Notes under the pieces: generated by a model
Database searches by the model: none
Told to the model about the DNA's origin: nothing
The model's input: the letters and a program-made list of their open reading frames with translations, nothing else
From: Chiloscyllium plagiosum
Lineage: Eukaryota
DNA length: 64,000 bases
Direction: 5' to 3'
Assembly (NCBI RefSeq): GCF_004010195.1
Contig: NC_057719.1
Location: 44,396,444 to 44,460,443 of the forward strand
Shown: piece by piece, positions 36,901 to 51,530 of the stretch
Position numbering within the stretch: the first letter of the stretch is position 1
Layout: every line of letters begins with the position of its first letter
Translations under genes and position numbers: made by a program

Positions 36901-39189
36901 AACACAGAATTAAATGTGAGAGTAGAATTATTGTAAGCAGATATTTAAAAATCTATGAAATTATTATGGAGTAAATAAATTTGATATTCCACAATAACAA
37001 AATTAGTACTTAAAAGGCAAATACATTTTTCAGCAGTAATACTTAATTTGTATAAGGCTAACAAAGAAAAAGTTAAAACTCATATGCCTGCATGGATTTC
37101 CAATTGATTTCCATTTTTGAAGTTCAAAGTGACCTTGTGGTGAACAGCCAACTTATGGATTTTTGCATTTCGTTCTTCATGTGCAGATGCCACTAGGTGC
37201 TGTCAATTTCATCAATGTCAACACTTTCACAGTTATTCCAGTAAGAAAATCAATGATGTTTAAAAAAAGTTACCAGCAACAGATAACAAGGCAGAGTAAT
37301 GGTCATGAAACAAACAGGTTTGGGAATGCAGAATGGAAATTGTTAACCACGTGAGGAAAAGTCGGTTGGGGGTTTGACTGTGCAAAAGGAGTTAAGTGGC
37401 TGTAAGGGTTCCATGTTTCCAAGCTTAGTCCTTTCCAATTGTAGTATGCCTCTGCTTCTCTTCTAAAACTGAATTTTAGCAATTCATTCTGGTCAACTTC
37501 CCTGATCCCCAATTCTAGATCATCTCAGCAGGGAATATAAATCCTGTAATCAAATTCTTGGCTCCCTGATCCCAGAACTACTCGCAAATTTCCTAGGTCC
37601 AGAAAGCAGCTCCCACATGTATTCCAGATTCTACGAACAGTAATCCCAAACCTATTATTGTTACGTTCCAAGAACACTTTAAATTTCCTACTGAGCTTAC
37701 ACTCAAAATTTCACCAGATCTTTCCAGTTATTCCTTGGTTCAATGGTTACCCCAACAGTTTATAATTTACTGTCCCTGATAATATTTCACAAAATCCCTT
37801 TACTTAAAATTCATTTGTGGGATGTGGGCATCACTGGCTACTCCAGCATTACTTGCCTATCACGAAGTGCCTTTAAGAAAGTGATCAGCAGTCTTCTTGC
37901 ACTGCTCCATTCCACAGAATGTACAGCCACCCGCAATGCTATTAAGGAAGTGAGATCCAAGAACTTGATATAAGAGCTGCCAGGTTCAGTGATTTGGTGC
38001 CAAATTAGGATGATGCGTGACTTAGGAGGAGAATGTGCAGGGGGTGTGTTTCCATCCTGTATGACTCTATAAATGATGCATCTATGACTATTGGCCAGGT
38101 GATGTGGTAAAGTGGGATCTTTCTCCCTCACCACATTCCACCGACCCAGTCCAGCAGCTATGCTCTTTAGGATTTGGCCAGCAGTGGTGCTATTGAGCCA
38201 CAAGGTGATGGAATTTAAGATCTTCCAGTGCCCAGGTCAATTTTAGATGGTCTCACAACATCCGATTCCATTCCTTTTAGCTGTTATCGATTCTCCAGCA
38301 ATTTTGATTTTGTTTATTGGCTTGCTAAGTCTGACATTACATGTCGATCAGATCTAGCAAGAATAGCAAATTTCCTTCCCTAAAGGGGATCAAGGTTGAA
38401 CCAGATGGGTTTTTACAACAATTAGCAATGGTTTTCACAATCACCATTATAAAGACTAACATTAATTCCAAATTATTTAATTTAATTCAAATTCATTCAT
38501 GGTAGCATTTAAACCCCTGAACCCAAAGCTTTAACTGAGCTCTTTGAATTGTTGGCCCAGTGACATGATCCACTGCATTCCCCAGAAGTTAAACTAAAAA
38601 CGACAAGCTCAAGAGACTGATTTTTTTTTAAAGCATCAGTGACTAATGCATGATGGTAAACTTCAGGTCAGTTTAGAACTGCATACTTTTTTTTAAAAAC
38701 ACACTAAAAGTAGAACAGCTTACTGAAGAAAGATGAACCCACACCTTAAGTGGTTCATATGTGGAAGAGACATGTTTACAAAGAACAAAGCTGCAGCCCC
38801 AAAGATTCAGCTGTTTATAATGGAATTGCACTACCCTCCAACTTAATCTTAAGATGTGCTGAAACATGATAAAACCATAGAATATCTTTAAATCAGCTCA
38901 AACCTTAAGCCTACAGCAGATGGTATTATACAAGATTGAATTGGATGATAACATGTTTTCAAAGAATGGGCCCCTCTTTTAGCACAGTTGTAGTGTCCAT
39001 ACCCTGTACCAGGAGTCCTGGGTTCAAGTCCCATCTGCTCCACAGGTGTGCAATAACACCTCTGAACAAGTTGATTAGAATAAAATATTTTCAAAGATCA
39101 TAGCTGTTTGGAGTGTATTTACCATTTGCTGTACATAGATGACAGCTTCAATTAGGAGACACATGTTCTAAATTGCTGAGCTGATGCAA

Positions 39190-40090
39190 TGATGTGGAGG
39201 AGCCAGTGTTGGTCTGGAACGGACAAAGTTAAAAATCACACACCACCAGGTTTTAGTCCAACAGATTTATTTGGAAGCACTAGCTCTTGGAACACTACTC
39301 TTTCATCAGGTGGTTGTGCAGCAGCACCATGAGACACAGAATTTATAGCAAAAGATTAGTATCATGCAACTGAAATGATATATTGAATAAACCTAGATTG
39401 CTGTGAAGTCTTTCATCTTTTAGAATGGGTTGCGGGTTTCAGTTCATTCATATGTAAATCCTAGAACTTCTTTTAAATCACATTCTTGAGATAAATTAAA
39501 GTTTTATAAAAAAAGTGACATCTCAATCAGACAATGCGCTAAAGGTATGAGGTCTGTCTGTATCCCAATCTTGAGTCAGACTGGTTCTATTTCCAAAATG
39601 GAATTTATAAAATATTACATGGATTGACTACCTGCATACTATGCACTTTTTGAGCAAAATAGAATGTACCTGCAAATATAATTCTGCAAATGCAAATTCA
39701 CCCCATAGACTTGTGTGTGCGTGCATGAGAGACTGTGCATTTGTGTGCATACATGCTTGGTAAATTGTGTTTGCGTGCGAGTGTGTTGGAGTATAAGCCT
39801 GTGAGAGTGTGGGGGGTATATGTGTGCATGTATGAGAGAGAGCATGTATATGAGAGAGGGTCTGCATCAGTGTGTGAGTATAAAAGAGTGTGCGTGTATC
39901 TGTATGTGTGCGAGTATGTAGTGTAGTGGGGTCACCTGTAGTATGACATGAATACAAGGTCCCTGTTGAGGTCACCCTAATGGGTACTGAACTTGGCTAC
40001 CAGTCTCTGTGTTATTGCATTTCCCAAAGTCTGCCTTGGAGGATGGTCACCCGAAGATCCGAGGCTGAATGCCCCTGACTGCTGAAGCAA
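39190..40090 (-). mobile_element. Penelope-like element 3' fragment (GIY-YIG C-terminus, CA-rich UTR, pseudo-LTR)
   Basis: Minus strand QRLVAKFSTH*GDLNRDLVFMSYY near 39940-40010; degenerate (TG)n tract 39710-39920; decayed hammerhead ~39280-39312. Confidence 0.8.
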
Positions 40091-41029
40091 GACAGTGTAC
40101 AAATCAAGAATAATGGTCATGAAAATGGGATAATTGAATGACCTGTCAGCTGACTTGTAAAGAGAGACCACTGTTAGGAAGCAAGGGGTAATCCAGAGGA
40201 CCCCTGCAAATCACTCTGCAACTGCATTCTCGCTGACCTTTGCATCACTGTTTCTGACTGACAGCATCATGCCTTGTAATGAAATCTGTAAAATGTTAAC
40301 TCTGCATTTAAAAGCTTAACTACGGCACAGAGACAACAGCTAGTCTCTCTAGCAGTAGCAACCAACACTTGCACCCAACATAACCGTTACATTACAGACC
40401 CTACTCATATAATCCAAACACACCAGTGGTTAGTTGATGTGGCAATTTACAATCCTGGGCAAGTACCCTGACCTCATATCAGAAGAAATTCTGTTACAAT
40501 GCCACTGCTGGAATTTGGTGTTTGTAGTCTATAATTAATTCTAGACTAATTTCTATGGTTTGCAAACCAGCAGGAAAACAAGTGCATTAAAAGAGAATGC
40601 ATATGCCCAGGCTATTCAGCCACTGCAATTACCAAACAATTATTGTTCCAAATAATGACAGCTGAAACTCTCAAAAGATATTATTAAAAATATTCAGTGA
40701 TTTTAAAACTGAAATACTACATGAGTTATGATCTTGCACAGCAGTATAATAGTTTTCCTTCCAGAATATAACTTGACAGATCAGGCATGCTCAAAGCAGA
40801 AATGAAATACAAACATGCACACTTAAAAGATGGTATTTACACAATGACAGCAAGAAATATTGTTCCTTCTGTCTATTGGGTTCACACAAAGTTGGTTTCA
40901 ACCAGTAATACAGAGGCCCCATAATTCCATAGTGCCTTAGTCCAAATCCCACCAAAGGAATTTAAATAGAATGAATTCTCAAATCTGAAATGACAAGCTA
41001 TTCTTAGTAATAATGACCCATTGACCTAC

Positions 41030-41395
41030 TGGCCCATTGAGTTGCTCACTCATTAAAGAGAAATGATAGATGGTGAGTTTAACCTGAGGATCACCACACC
41101 TCAGGAGAATGAAGAAGAAGGAGGAGAATCTGTCACAGTAACCTCAGCAGAATAGAAAGTGAACCCATGCTGCTGGCAACACTCTATATCACATCCCAGC
41201 CATTTAGCCAACTAAGCTAAGCAGCCCCTTAACAGTCTACTCCCTCATAAGCAACAGATGACCAGTGGTGACCTAACCCAAGGCTCACTATGCCTCAGGC
41301 AAGGGGAGACACTGAGAAAGTGAGTCCTTTTTGGTAACCGCAACTGGTGTGGGAAATCTGTTGTTGTTACTCATCCAGCTAAATGAGCTAACCAA
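41030..41395 (-). mobile_element. Two tandem copies of a tRNA-related SINE containing a CCTGAGG...CCTCAGG hairpin
   Basis: AACCTGAGGATCACCACACCTCAGG and AGCCAACTAAGCTAA repeated; third copy at 47545-47725. Confidence 0.6.
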
Positions 41396-41439
41396 CCACT
41401 TAGTTAATAATGACAATGAAGCCACTGAATCATATCACT

Positions 41440-41760
41440 TTTTAAAATTTCATTTAGAGGATGAGGGCGTCACTGGCCAGGGCAGCTTAAGAGTCAACCA
41501 CATTGCTGTGGGTCTGGAGTCACATATAGGTCAAAACAGGTAAGGACGGCAGTTTCCTCCCATAAAAGACATTAGCAAATCAGATGAGTTTTTTCAACAT
41601 TCGACAGTGGATTCATGGTCATTATTAAACTCTTAATTCCAGATTTGTATTGAATTCAAATTTCACCCTCTGCCATGGCAGAATTTGAACTCAGGTCCCC
41701 AGGACAGAACCTAGGTCACTGGATTAATAGTCTAGCGATAATACCACTAGGCCATCACAT
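41440..41760 (-). mobile_element. tRNA-related SINE sharing its tail with the old LINE family
   Basis: Reverse complement of the 55105-55470 element (GTGACTCCAGACCCACAGCAATGTGGTTGACTCTTAA); another copy at ~38330-38580. Confidence 0.65.
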
Positions 41761-43228
41761 CCGCAATGAGGACGGATATGTGCTGCCCTTGTGGTCAAGC
41801 TAACACGTGAGCCTAACAAACCACTTAGTTGTATTATTCTATGACAGGGATCTTACAGTGCTGTTGTAATGTCCTTACCTCTGAGCCAGGAGGGCCAGGT
41901 TCAAGTTCTACCTGCTCCAAAGTATATAATAATATTTCTGAACATGTTGATTGGAAAATATAAAAGCTATTGCTACAACTACAAAAAAAGATCATGAATA
42001 AAATTGGACAGATCTTCCAGCATCTGGAAATACAAGGGCAAACTGTGCCCTGTCAACCCTGCAAAGCCCTCCTTACTAAGAACAAGGGACTTGAGCCAAA
42101 AGTGAGTGAGCTGTTGCACATACTAGTCAAGTAACAGTCTGACGTAGTTGTACTAACCAAATGACACAACGTTCCAAACCCACAACTTTACCACTTAGAA
42201 GGACAAGGGATGGAAATGCCAACACATGAAAATTCCCATGTTAAACATCATTCTAATTTAGAACTATATTCCCATTCCTTCAGTGTCCCTGGGTCTAAAT
42301 TCTGGAACCTCTTTCTGAACAGCACTGTGGAAATACCTATATCCTCGATGGACTGCAGTGGTTCACCACCATCTTCTCAACAACAATTAGAGATGAGAAA
42401 GTATGACAAGTATGAAATGCTCACAAACCATGAAACAACACAAAAATCAAAGCATCACTAAAATAATTACAAACTAACCACAAAGACTAAAATTTGTATT
42501 TAATTAATTATGCCTTTATCGATTATATTTTAAGTGTATTAACATTTAAATTAGAATAAAAAGCAATGGTAAACATTGAAGTAGTAAGAAATATTTTGAA
42601 ATGAAAATATTTAACAAAAACCTTGCACTTTGTGCTTCTTAATGGTATGGAGACATTGTCTTCTACCTAATGCTATGTGAGATGAATAGCAACAGGAGGC
42701 TGATGGAATGAAACCAATCTCTTCAGAGCCCGCAAGAATGAAAGAAAATTAAATTCTTCTCATTAGCTTACAGCTGATGGCTCTGAACAATATAGGTCAG
42801 GAGCTGTAGAGGGGGCTGGGAAAGCAGGACTGCACTTGCTTTGCTGCGCTCTAACATATGTTGGTAACAGCAACTAACAGAAATGACACCATCTGCTAAG
42901 TTACATATAGAGACACTAAGTGATTTCAATAACACAAAAAAAGGCTACTTCAAATGGAAAAAAGTAGTGAACAGAACTGCCTTTTGTTTTAAATTGTAAT
43001 GAAAAGATCAATTCACCATTAAATAAAGTGAACATTATTAACAGTTTTTCCAAGCACTTCAATTCTGACAAAAAGTAAAAGGCTGTAATTTTATAGTGGA
43101 ATTGTAGGTAGTTAATATATTTCCTCCAATGTAAGTGACGTTTGAGCTCCTGAGCCCACCCACTCTAGGTCAACCGCATCTTTCTCTTTCCTTTTCATCT
43201 TCTTTATTTTTCTTCATATTTTTGCTAT

Positions 43229-43423
43229 GTGGGTTTCCTCAGATTCCAATGATGTGCAGGTTGGGTAGATTGGCCGTGCTAAATTGCCCACAGTGTCTAC
43301 GGATGTGCAGGCAAGGTGGACTAGTCATGGGAAATGCAGGGTTACAGGGACAGGGTATAGAATTAGAATCCCTACACTGTGGAAACAGGCCAACAAGTCC
43401 ACGCCGACCCTCCGAAGAGTAAC
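43229..43423. mobile_element. V-SINE fragments joined in opposite orientations
   Basis: Plus-strand middle part 43229-43357 abuts a minus-strand 3' tail 43358-43423. Confidence 0.65.
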
Positions 43424-43925
43424 TGTCGCTAGAAGACGCAAATAGATAAACGTTATAGCTAGATGCGTTAATTAGGAGTGCAAATGGCAAAACATTTGAA
43501 CTCGAACTGGCTAGTGCATGTGGCTTTTACAAAAGCCAAGGAGATCGACATCTGTATAACTTGCACTACTTGCAAGGGATTCACAATGAAAACTACATTG
43601 ATTTTAGGGTAACAATAAGCAAAACTCTTTCCAGTTAGCCGGCAGATACTTGACTGGGTTCCGTAAAACTGACAAACCTAACGAAAATGTAGTATTTACG
43701 TGCCCGTCGCCAACTTTGACAGAAACGCCAAGACAATAAAACCTTCACTGCAGTGCACAGTCCTAAATGTGTATCACAAGTGAATCAAGTATCCATTCTG
43801 CAAACAAATTGCTACACATCGCAGATGATTTCTGACTGCGCGTGGTATGTAAGATGTGACTGAGAGGGAATACAGGCGCCATCATCAATTCGGAGTCACC
43901 AAACTGATGGAGCTTTTGCATATCA

Positions 43926-45080
<1,155 letters not shown>

Positions 45081-46009
45081 TGCGAGGATGCTAAGGTTTT
45101 AGCGAGTACAGCAAATTCATGACTGTTGTCTCCCTTGTTTGGATGTGATGTACATCAAATGATGATCAATAACTGAGATGTGTTATTAAAACGCGTGAAA
45201 TTTACTAGTGTTGAACATTCCATTTTCTGCATTTGGAATTAGCCATTATAGATTTTTCACCTGGATTTGCGTTCGATTACAAGAGCAGAGAAACATATAA
45301 CCCGTATATAGTCTGATATTTGATAAAGAATTTTACGTCGGAAAAACGGTTTTCTTGACGGCAATGAAATAAATCTTTGTGGAAATGAATGTTGTGTGTG
45401 AACAATGTGCATTATCAGTATACAATACAAAATAGGTTTGTCCATATATCAAACTGCATTAATGATACACCTCAACTATCAAGGCTTCTCCAGCTTTCTG
45501 CTTCTAAAAGAAAAAAAAGATCTATATTCACTGGGTTTGGATTTTGTCAAGATTAGCCAACCAAATCTTTGGAAAGGCATGACTGGAAGCAGCCAGAACT
45601 AATGAGAATCAGGTCACATCGAAAAGGAAATGGGGGTAAACAAATTGTTTTCCGCCACCCACCCTCAACCAACTTCAATCCCTCACCATTGTAATTTGCT
45701 CAAAAACCTGTGGCAGCGGGGTTTTAAGGTGAGCTGATGTAAGATTCAATCATTGACGTTATGCAGTTTTTTTTTAAATAATTGTACACAACAAGGGAAC
45801 TTCTAAAAAGATAATCAAAGGAAGCAATTTTGGGGGATGCTCTTGGTTGCCTTTTATGAAAGGCTATTCTCCTCAGGACTATTGGGAATTGTAAAATGAA
45901 CAGCTTAAATGGCTTGTGCCTTCCGATCACTGCACTCAGGGAATTAACATTGTGATAGACACGTCTATAATATTGTTTCAGCGTGCTGTTACAGTTAACC
46001 GTACAGATT

Positions 46010-47450
46010 CACAGAATCAAGTGTTACCGAAGAAGGCCATTCGGCCCATTATACCTACTCCAGGATCGCTAAACGAGCGGTATGACCGAGTGATATCTCC
46101 TACTATTTACTGTACCTTTGCTCATTATTTACCCTAAATAATGAGACATTCCCATCGAATGTCTCAATTGAACCTGTCTCCAACACACCTCCAGACAGTG
46201 TATTCCATACCCTGACTATTCACTGACTGAAAAGATTTTTCCTTACTGCACCCTTGCTTCTTTTGCAAATCACGTTTAATCTGTACCATATCTGAGCAAA
46301 AACAGTTTCTCTCTAACCAACTTTACCCAACCTGCTCATGGTTTTGAAAATCTCTATCAGATCTCCTCTTAGCCTTCTTCTCTCGAAGCAGAACAGTACC
46401 AGTTTCTTCAATCTATTGTCATAAGTGAAGTTCCTCATCCCTGGAACCATTCTTGTAAACCACCTCTGCAGATCCCCAATGTGTACACATCTTTCCTATG
46501 ATGTGGCACAGGAACTGCAACTAACATTCCAGCTGATGTCTAACAAGTGTCTTATACAAGTTTAATGTCACCTCCTTGCTGTTGTACACTATTGTTATAC
46601 AGTCATTGAGTCATAGAGTCATAAAGCATGGAAACAGGTCATTCTAAACAGAACTTGTCCCATTTCCCTGGCTTTGGCACATATCCCTCCAAGCCTTTCC
46701 TATTCATGTATCTGTTCAAATGTCCTAAATGTTGTAGTTGTACCCACTCTACCATTTCCTCTGGCTGCTCACTCCATACATGCACAACTCTCTATCTGAA
46801 AACGTTACTCCTCAGGTTCCTTTTAAATCTTTTCCCTCTTACTTTAAACCTATGCCCTCTAGTTTTGGACTCCCCTACATCTGAAAAACAAGCTTGGCTA
46901 TTCACCTTATCTATGCCCCTCATGATTTTGTAAACCTCCATAAGATTACCTCTCAGCCTCCAATTCTTTTGGGAAAAATGTCCCAGACGATCAAACCTCT
47001 CCTTATAACTCCAGTCTCACAACATTCTTGTAATTTTTTTCTCTACTCTTTCTAGTTTAACAAGATCTTTCCTATAGCATGCTGTCTCTCCATATTCTCT
47101 GTACTAAAATGTACCACCTCAAACTTCTCTCCATTGAGCTCATTTGACACATATCCACCCACTTGTCAATGTCCCTCAGAAGTTCCACCTATCCTCATCA
47201 CAGTTTTCAATACTTTCAAGTTGTGTGTCATCTGCAAACTTTGAAATTGTCTCCTTTTTGAGATCTGGATCAGTATATATATCAGAAAAAGCAAGGGTCC
47301 CAATACCAATCACTAGGAAATTTGACTACAAACATTCTGCCATGTCAAAAAGTACCCTTTAACAATACTCTATGTTTGCTGTACTCAGCCAATTTTGATC
47401 CATTCTGTTCCTGTTCCTTTTATCCATGACCTATGAATTTCTTCACAAGT
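46010..47450 (-). mobile_element. Cluster of CR1 LINE 3' fragments
   Basis: Two CR1 3' ends (GGCCATTCGGCCCAT ~46035; (AGTCATAG)n tail ~46600) and TGTGTCATCTGCAAACTT (KFADDT) at ~47225. Confidence 0.75.
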
Positions 47451-48719
47451 CTGATGCTGTTTTAATTTGATTCATATGAACTGGATGCCTATTGTGGAAA
47501 TTATTTAACATGCTGTATTGTGAGGTTAAACAAGTAAAATCACCACAATCCCATTCTCTCATTAGGGAGAGTCAACTTGTGGCAGTTTAACCTGAGGGTT
47601 ACTACACCTCAGGTGAGGTGGGAGGTTAAAAATGAGAGCCCTTCATGGTAACCTCAACTGAGGCAGGAATTGAGCCCATGTTATTGGTGTTGCTGAGCGC
47701 TGCAAGCCAGCTGGCTAAGCTAACTGGCACCCATAATTGTAAGGTAATTCATCTCCAACTGGTACAGATTGTGCTTTTGTCTTCTGAGAATCAAGTGCAT
47801 TACTGTGGATGTCATTGTCACTTCATATAAATCACAACTTCATTATTCCATTGACTGGTTACAGTCTAGCTAAAAATGATCTATTTATCCAGACTGTCTG
47901 TGTTCTGTTAATTTGGCGATCCTCCATCCATACTATATATTACCATAACATCATGAACTCTTTACTTGTAACTTGTTATCTTGTTTCCTGTATTTGATAC
48001 TTGAGGGAACTTTAAGCTTCCAGGGCTCATAGATACAGTTCATGTTGGAACATCAAAAAATGCTGGTGTTTTGGAAACCACTAACTTATGCCTTTAACTA
48101 GAGCCTGTTGATCTGCATGCCAGTTTCTCAGGCTTCCACCAGGTTGAACAAGGTGAGAGATTTGTGAACTTTTGAGAAGCTGGAAGGCCTTTAAGTACTG
48201 AAATAAGATGACTGTTTCTTTGCCTAGTTATAAGTATTTGCCACCAGGAGAATGTCCGTCCACTGCAATTCAGATGGTTTCCACTACTTTAATGATCATT
48301 TCTGTGACCTTAGCACTTTTTGATTTTGGTCTTCCCAACTGTCAGTCTTCTCAGCAGCGCAGAAGCAGCTCATGCAGATCTACCTTGAGTCATAGAGTCA
48401 TAAAGCATGGAAACAGGTCATTCTAAACAGAACTAGTCCCATTTCCCTGGCTTTGGCACATATCCCTCCAAGCCTTTCCTATTCATGTATCTGTTCAAAT
48501 GTCCTAAATGTTGTAGTTGTACCCACCTCTATGGACCTTGGACTTTGGAGCAAAATGGGCAACACCAGCATCATCATCAGCAATAAGAGCAACAAGCAGC
48601 TGCCTTCTTCATAACCATCTGCTACTCTGCAGCACAGAGTGGTACACACAGAAATCCAGTTTGCAATAGGTCATACCTCAAACATAGGGTTTACAGGCAG
48701 AGAATAACGTTCCTCAGCG

Positions 48720-51530
48720 TTTTTTTTAATTCACCCATAGGATGCGGGCATCACTGGCTGCCCAGCATTTATTGCTGTCCCTAATTGCGCTTGAGAAGGT
48801 GGTGTTATGCTGCCTTCTTGAACTGCTACAATCCATATGTTGTACGCTGACCAAATATACCGTTAGGGAGGGAGTTCCAGGATTTTGGCCCTATGACCGT
48901 GAAGGAATGGTGATATACTTCTAAGGCAGGATGGTGGAGGAGAATTTGTAGTCGTTGATTTTTCCATGTATCTACTGCCTTTGTCTTTCTAGATGGAAGT
49001 GGCCATAGATTAGGAAGGTACTGCGTAAGGATCTTTGGTGAATTTCAGCAGTGTATCTACACTGCAGAAAGTTGTGTGCACAGCCATACCATCGCAGATG
49101 CCAACCTCCCATTCAAGGATTCTACCTACACCTCTGTTGATAGTGTTGGTGTTGATAGTGGGGAGTTCAGTGATGGTAGCAGGATTGAATGTCAAAGGGG
49201 GGTAGTTTATCTCTTATTGGAGATGGTCATTGCCTAATATTTGTGTGGCATGAATATTACTTGCCACTTGTCAGCCCAAGTCTGGATATTGTCTAGTTCT
49301 TGTTGTATTTGAACATAGACTGATTCAGTGTCTGAGGAATTGCAGATAGTACTGAACATGATGCAATTTTCGACAAACATGCTCCCTTCTGACCTTATGA
49401 TAGAGGGAAGGTTATTAATGAAGTGGTTGAAGATGGTTGGACCTAGTACACTATCCTGAGGAAGTCCTGCAGAGATGTCTTGGAATTGAGATGACTGACT
49501 TCCAACAACCACGACCAACTTACTTTGTGTCAGATATGATTCCACTAAGTGGAGCATTGCCCCCTGACGCACACAGATTCCAGTTTTGCCAGGGCTCCTT
49601 AATGTCCAACTTGGTCAAATGCAGCCTTGATGTCAAATCACTCTCACTTCATCTCTGGAATTCAGCTCTTTTGTCCATGCTTGAACTAAGGCTGTAGTGA
49701 GGTCAGAAGTTGAGTGGCCCTGGCAAAACCAAACTGGGACATCACTGAGGAAGTTATTGCTAAGCAAATGCTATTTGATAGCACTGTTGATGATACCTCC
49801 CATCATTTTACTGATGATCAAGAGTAGACTGATTGGCAATAATTAGCTGTAAGTAGTCCTGTTTGGTAGTTTCACCAGGTTGATACCTCATTTTTAGATA
49901 TGCCCAGTGCTCCTCCTGGCATGCCCATTTGTACTTTCCATTGAACCTGAATCAATCCCCTGACTTAATGGTAATGGTGGGGACATTGAAATCTCCCACC
50001 CAGATTACATTTTGTACTCTTGCCACCCTCCATGCCTTCTCTAAGTGTTGTTCACCATGGATGAGTACTGATTCATCAGCCAAGGAAGGGCTGTACATGG
50101 TAATAGAGTTATAGAGTCAAAGAGATGTACAGCACAGAAACAGACTCTTCAGTCCAACATATTCATGTCGACCAGATTTCCCAACCCAATCTAGTCCCAC
50201 CTGCCAACACCTGGCCCATTTCCCTCCAAACCCTTCCTATTCATATACCCATCCAGATGCCTTTTAAATGTTGCTATTGTACCAGTCTCCACCACTTCCT
50301 CTGGCAGCTCATTCCATACACATACCACCATCTGAGTGAAACATTTGCCCCTTAGGTCTCTTTTATATCATTCTTCTCTCACCCTAAACCTATGCCCTCT
50401 TGTTCTGGACTCCCTACCCCAAGGAAAAGACCTTGTCTATTTACCCTATCCATGCCCCTCATGATTTTATAAACCTCTATAAGGTCACCCCTCAGCCTCT
50501 GACACTCCAGGGAAAACAGCCCCAGCCTATTCAACCTGTCCCTATAGCTCAAATCCTCCAATCCTGGCAACATCCTTGTAAATCTTTTCAAGGTTTCACT
50601 ACATTTTTCTGATAGGAAGGAGACCAGAATTGCACACAATATTCCAACAGTGGCCTAACCAATGTCCTGAACAGCCGCAACATGATCTCCCAACTCCTGT
50701 ACTCAATACTCTGACCAATAAAAGAAAGAATAACCAAACGCCTTCTTCACTATCCTATCTACCTGTGACTCCACTTTAAAGGAGCTATGAGCCTGCACTC
50801 CAAGTTCTCTTTGTTCAGCAACACTCCCTAGGACCTTACCATTAAGTGTATAAGTCCTGCTAAGTTTTGCTTTCCCAAAATGCAGCACCTCGCATTTATC
50901 TAAATTGAACTCCATCTGCCACTTCTCAGCCCATTGGCCCATCTAATCAAGATCCTGTTGTAATCTGAGGTAACCTTCTTCGCTGTCCACTACATCTCCA
51001 ATTTTGGTGTCATCTGCAAACTTACTAACTATAATACCTCTTATGCTCACATCCAAATCATTTATATAAATGATGAAAAGTAGAGGACCCAGCACCGATC
51101 CTTGTGGCACTCCACTGGTCACAGGCCTCCAGTCTGAAAAACAACCCTCCACCACCACCCTCTGTCTTCTACCTTTGAGCCAGATCTGTATCCAAATGGC
51201 TAGTTCTCCCTGTATTCCATGAGATCTAACCTTGCTAACCAGTCTCCCATGGGGAACCTTATTGAACGCCTTACTGAAGTCCATATAGATCACATCTGCC
51301 CTCATCAATCCTCTTTGTTACTTCTTCAAAAAACTCAATCAAATTTGTGAGACATGATTTACCACACACAAAGGAGGTTTCTGTTTATCCTGAGGCTATG
51401 AGACTTCATGGGGTCTGAAGGCAATATTGAGGACTCCCAGGTCAATTCCCCCTCAGCTGTGGGATACAACAGCATTGCTGCCTCTGCCAGTTGGGAAAGA
51501 ACACATCCATGGATGGTGATGGTACTGTAT
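48720..51530 (-). mobile_element. Old CR1/L2-group LINE inserted in the Harbinger transposase
   Basis: Poly-T/3' tail at 48720; ORF 49234-49572 (AGLPQDSVLGPTIFNHFINNLP...QQELDNIQTWADKWQV); continues to ~51530 after the nested CR1. Confidence 0.8.
50102..51360 (-). mobile_element. HER1-type CR1 LINE 3' fragment
   Basis: [16 protein letters not shown]...[20 protein letters not shown]...KFADDTK; tail at ~50102-50120. Confidence 0.9.
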
